DNA of 64,000 nucleotides from NCBI RefSeq assembly GCF_009914755.1, contig NC_060947.1; one strand, 5' to 3'. Made by a program: the position numbers and the translations under genes. This document shows, piece by piece, positions 58,521 to 64,000 of the stretch. The stretch comes from the human T2T-CHM13v2.0 reference genome, Homo sapiens. A model generated the notes under the pieces. It was not told where the DNA came from and ran no database searches. It worked only from the letters and a program-made list of their open reading frames with translations. Each line of letters starts with the position of its first letter. Position 1 is the stretch's first letter.

Positions 58521-59329
58521 GTATTTACAGTACTTTTACAAAAAGTTAATGAGTTTTTAAGCTTAGAAAAAATAGAAACGATACATGTTGATGACATAAT
58601 TTTTCAACAAATGTCAGAGTTGTTTCCTCAGTGCTTAGCCCAGTGTGTGGCACATATCAAAAGCTAAGTACATTTTTTTGCTGCTGTTGTTATTAATATC
58701 ATAAAGTTGGGGCTAGGATCAAGCACTCTGGCAGAGAGCTTAACCCTGGTAAGGTGAAGGAGCACATCTTCCTGAGAGCCGGAAGCATTTGGGATGGCTG
58801 TGTGGAGATGGCTCAGATAGAAGCTGAAGAAGCTCCTGTCAGTTGGCCTCAATCTTCTCAGAAATGAAGGAGGTGAAATCATCTCCTGAGAATGAAGGGC
58901 AGGGATGCGGCTGGGGGCTTGAGGGGAGGGCAGGAAGTTTGGAGCAGCTGCTGTAGGGAATGTGATAGGGAGTCAGCAAGCGAGGAATGAACGGATTGTT
59001 GAACAGCCAGAGAAGCCAGCTTAGACAGCACACATTGGCAGAGAACGCAATGCAGGGTTTTTCCAACAAGCCAAGAGTGGAAACAGCCACCTTCAAGGGG
59101 TCACTCAGGGCTGCATATTGGAAGGACAAGAATGGGACGAAAGGTAGGATAGTGAAGGATTCTAGGATGGGCACAGGAGCCATGGAACTGTCCATGGACC
59201 TGGGCTGCAAAGGAAGTTCATCTATATTCCTCCAACACATATTTAACTACCATATATTTTATACATATTATACAAGTGCCTGGGTGTGAGGGATGCTGAA
59301 AAGAACCATACACACAAAATTTATGTATT

Positions 59330-59800
59330 TAACATATGCCCACACAAAGAGTTGCACACAAATGTTTATACAAGTTTTATTCATTATTGTGAAAAACTAG
59401 AAGCAACTCGGATGATCTTCAACAGGTGAATGCATAAACAAACTATGATACCTACCTAAAATTACTCAGGAATAAGAAGAACTATTGATACATGCAACAA
59501 TATAGATGAATCTCAAAAATCAGTATGCCGAATGAAAGAAGTACATACTGCATTATTACATTTGTATAAAATTGTAGGAAATGCAAATTAATCTACAGCA
59601 ACAAAAACCAGGTCATTGATTGTTTGGGCCAGCAGGAGGGAGACACAAAGGTAATTTTGGGGAGTGATAGGTAGGTTCATCATCTTGATTTTGGTGAGGT
59701 TTCACATATATTCATATGTCAAAACTCATCAGATCATCCACTTTAAATGTATGCACTGTTTATATGTCAATTATACCTCAAAAATGTTAGCAAAATAAAT
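59330..59800 (+). mobile_element. L1MC/ME 3' fragment
   Basis: ttgatacatgcaacaatatagatgaatctcaaaa...gtcaattatacctcaa. Confidence 0.75.
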
Positions 59801-59849
59801 TTTTTTTAAATTGACCATAGAAAAATAAAAAATAAAAAAATTGACCACA

Positions 59850-61845
59850 AAATCTCTGCCTTCATGGATCTCATAGCCTACATGGGAAAGACTGACAATA
59901 AACTAGTAAGTAAATAAAAATCATTATTTTAGACATTGTTTCCTGCTGTGAAGTAAACATACAGGACAAAGGGATAGACAATAGGGTGGGAGTGGCAAAA
60001 AGGAGCAACTATAGATAGGATGGTAAAGGAAGGCCGCTGAGAAATTGCCATTGAGCTAAGTCCTGAATGATGAGAAGGAAACAGCCATAGGATGATGTAA
60101 AGAAAGAACATTCCAAGCAGAGGAAACAGAACATGCAAAGGCTTTGAGGCAGAAAAGAACTTGAAGTGTTCAAGGAACAAACAGCAAGAAAACTAGTGTC
60201 ACTTGAGTTTAGTAAGCAAGGAGAAAAGAATTCAGGAGGTGAGGTTTAGAGAAGTTGGCAAGGGTCAGATCATGAGGGGCCTTATAGATCATGGTAAGGA
60301 GTTGGGAGATTATGTTCTAATCATATGGGTAATCCAATGGAGGGCCTTGGATTACCCATATGATTAGAACATAAATAGAGAAGAGACATGTTCTACTTTA
60401 TGCTTCAATATTGCTCTGACTGTTGTATAAAGAACTGACTCTTGTGGGGGCAATGGTAAAGGCAGGAAGACCAACTAGGAAGTGTTAGGCTAGTTCAGGT
60501 AAGAAATGATGGGGATATAGATTAGGGTGGTAGAAGTGGAGATCGTGAGAAGTAGTCACATGTAGAATTTCTTTTGGAGGTACAATGGAAAGAATTTGGC
60601 TCCTAGATTGGCTGTGGGAGGATGAGGGAAAGAGCAGAATCAATCTGACTCATGTTTTGGCATAAGCAAATGGGTGGTTGGTGGTAGCTCCATTTACAAA
60701 AATGGGTGCTATCAATAAGGATAATCCTATAATTAAGTATCTTAATGAATCTCATCTAGAAGCAGGAAAGGCTACACAGAAAGACTAAAGGTGTAATTTG
60801 TAGAGCAATAGCATTCACTCAAATTAGCTAGGAAAGGAGGATGTTTGGTATTTTGTGTTTCACACTAACCTTATGTTTGTCTGTGCATATATAACATGAT
60901 GAAATGATCTTGTATTGTCTTACTTCATCACGGTCACAAAGACATGTCTTGTCTTGCCATTGGACTTATCTGGTATTGGTGTTCTGTGAGATTGCTTATG
61001 TCCAATAGGAGAATAACATGGCCTACCTGTGAACATCAGGCCAGCTTCTAAGAAAAGTGAAACCTAGATGTAAATGTCACATCAATTCCCAGATGTCAGG
61101 GGTTGTTTTTTCTTTCACACATAGAAAAGCAAATTTGGGAGAAAGGAACTCAAAAACTCTAATTTGGATGGGTTAACTTCGAGACAGGTTTAGATACCCG
61201 AGAAGAGATGTTAAGTAGACAGTCAAATATGCAAGTCTGAAGAGTAGGGGTTTCAATAGATAAAAAGTATATAAATTTGGGAGTCATCATTGTAAAGATT
61301 GTATTTATATGTGAGGATAATATTTTTCATGTTGAGACTAGTTGACATCATCAAAGGAGAAAGAGTAAGATGGAGAAGAAAGAAGGTCCCAGGATGAAGC
61401 CATGGGCAGTTCAACGTTGAGAGGTTGAGGAGATGAGAAGGAACCAGTAAAAGAGACTGAGAAGAAAAAGGGCTAGTAAAGAAAGAGACAATCCAGGAGA
61501 CTGAAGTGTTATGGAAGTCAAAAGATGAATTTCAACAAGAGTCATCAACTCCATCAAATGCTGCTAAATAGTCACAAGGAATGAAGACTGAAAATTGGGC
61601 ATTAGATTTGGCAGCATGTAGGTCATTGGTGACCAGGACAAAGCAGTTTCATTGGTGTGAGGAGCTGAAAACTGTATTGCAATGGATTGAGACAAGATTA
61701 GAAGGTGAGAAACAGAGCCAGAGTGTAGACCATTCATTTGAGGAGTTTTACTCAAAAAGGGAAGAGGACTAGGTCAATAGCTGGAGGAGGGAGAAGGGCA
61801 AGAGAGTTGTTTTTAAGGTGAGCAAGCCTGACATATTTTGTATGC
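59850..61845 (-). mobile_element. L2a/b, antisense, interrupted by an LTR at about 60708-61121
   Basis: cattccaagcagaggaaacag...cagatcatg...catggtaaggagttgg; ggtcattggtgacc. Confidence 0.85.
60708..61121 (-). mobile_element. Old ERV1 solo LTR (MER89/90/110-like, uncertain)
   Basis: Interrupts the L2; TG...CA boundaries; family recalled with low certainty. Confidence 0.45.
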
Positions 61846-61964
61846 CGACAAGGAATGAAGCAAATGAAGCCAGAAGGAGAACAACATCTTAAAAAATAGC
61901 AATAGTAGTGGAGGGATTGGAAGTCAAGATGAGAGGGAAGTACAGAGGTAGCTACTGAACTCTT

Positions 61965-62170
61965 CCCCTGGGCCAGGCACTATGTTAACTTCTCAATCTT
62001 CACAGCAACCCTGGGGAGGTAGGTACTACATCTATTTTACAGAGGGGGAAAGGAGGCTTGGAGGTTAATAACTCTCTTGATATCACCCAGTTAGTGAAAG
62101 ACCATAGATTTGGACCCATGCAGCCTGGCACTAGCACCTACATCCTATGTACTACAGTATTCTGCCTTAG
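61965..62170 (-). mobile_element. MIR
   Basis: ccaggcactatgttaa...cacagcaaccctggggaggtagg...attttacagaggggg. Confidence 0.75.
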
Positions 62171-64000
62171 TGGAAGATGGAGAAAATCAGAAGGTGGGGG
62201 ATCTTGAACGTACCAGCCACCTGGACTTGCTAGAGGAAAGGCTCAAACTTCCATGGGATAGTGCCAGATACTCGGTACACAGGATGGAGACTAACCCAGC
62301 TGATTTCAGAGCAGCTACCTCCAAGCAGGGCTTGTCATTTCTCTTTGGCCTTGATTTAGTATAGACTTATAGGTAGATTGCAGGAAAATGATGGCAACTC
62401 CATTCTTACAGTCCTCAGGGGACCCATCCTAGTATTTCTCCCCTCATTCCCCTCAGCCATTCCTCTTGGTGTCATATTTGCTAAGGTGGCCTTCCAGTGG
62501 ACAGAGGGCTAACTGGGAAGCAGGGCAAGGGCTTCTCTCCCTTTCCACCTGCCCCGATTACTCCCATCTCCACACACATCTTATCCCCCACAATAAGAGG
62601 CTCACATGAAAAAGAAGATGCCCTCCTAGGCTGAATGTTGCAGTCTTCCAAAATCCCCTCGAAGGAGTGGAGATAAAGAAAAAAAAAACAAAGTCCTTTC
62701 CTTGAGAAGCTAATCACAATGTAGTGACTGCTAGAGTTAGCTTACCCATATCATATTTGAGTGTCCTAGGACAAGCCCTCTTTCATGCCTCTCTCCCTCA
62801 CTCAGTGTCTGAAAGCCACCATTAAAAATATATTCTTTGCATCATCGCTGAGAGGAATAGCAAATTAGGTGTAAATGAATAAGATCATTAGATCCTAGCA
62901 GTAGGAAAGAGGTAGTTTTGGAATACTGGGACTAGGGAGAGCAAGAATGAGCTTGGAACAAGAAGGGGGAAAATGAGATAAATACCAATCCCATAGTTTT
63001 TCCAGAAGCTGATCCTAATCACATTGCCCCTATTAGGAAGTGGTCCTAAAAGAGGAAGATTGAAATTAACAAGTCCTTTGTCTCCATTCTTTCTTGTGCT
63101 GGGCCTGCTGGAGCTGTAGCCCCTACTGGATCACAGCTAGATCCTAAAAAGAGCCAAGGGGAGATCCCCTGTTCTTTTAGGGACCTGAAATGTTTTCTTG
63201 AATAGACATCTTATGAGTCGGGTATGCGGAAATCCAGTGAGTTTGTACTGCAATCCAGTCATTCATGGCCACCTCCATCCCCCCCAGGGTTCCAAGAGCA
63301 TCTGGCAGTGAGAGTAGAATGTGACTTGAGAAGTTGTGGGAAGTCCAGCATATCCACCTCTGTACTCTGCCTGATATCTGTAAACATTTCAAGGTATATC
63401 TTCTTCCAGATTTCACTGAACCCCACAACTGGAGTTTCTTTCTTGGGGTTTTACCTTTACACTGTCCTAAGTGATCCATTATAAAATGTGAATATCCATG
63501 GAAGGGGTGCCATCTGAAGCAATGATTAAGTATGCCACTTCTATTTAAGGGAATTTAACTGTTCTCCTTTTTCTCCAACTGAAAATGGCACTGTGGTAAA
63601 ACGATGTCAATGTACTTAGCACTACTGAGCAGTACACTTTTAAAAATGGCTATGTGGGTAAATATTACATAATGCGTATTTTACCACAATTTTAAAAATG
63701 TATCTGAGGTATTTTCCTGTCTGCTCTGGCTGCACTCTCTTCAGAGGAAGAGGCACAGGCCACAGCTTTGACCACGACTCTGTCCTCTTTCAAAACATAG
63801 CAGATGGAGGACTAGTTGGGGCCACCTGGTCCCATGCTGTGAGGTCTAGCACTGAAAGAGGAATTGGCTTAATCACATTATTTGTCTCCCTGGACAGCCT
63901 ATAGGTTATGTTAAGTAGGAACAAAAGGGCTGAAAAGTGACTTCTCATCCAACAGCTTCTCCCAAGGCCATTTTTGATGGAAAGGTCACGTTCACCTAGG

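Overview
Primate (probably human or ape) genomic DNA, dominated by repeats: Alu, L1, L2, MIR, ERV1/ERVL/MaLR LTRs and DNA transposon fossils. I see no intact protein-coding gene, and family names are assigned from memory of consensus sequences, not from a search. The centrepiece is a 14.6 kb nested insertion (5188-19835): a full-length MST provirus whose 5' LTR holds an ERV1 (MER4-group) provirus, which in turn holds a processed MFN1 pseudogene, four Alus, a further solo LTR and a decayed tRNA-Glu copy. The MFN1 retrocopy appears to record a non-canonical mRNA, with an L2-derived 5' segment joined at an exon boundary and one clean exon skip. Also present are a HERV-H LTR7 solo LTR, a Gypsy integrase fossil, a near-full-length L1PA without target-site duplication (TSD), a perfect 28-bp inverted repeat in an old L2, and a 530-bp alternating purine-pyrimidine repeat. 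I found no evidence of a new multi-gene system.
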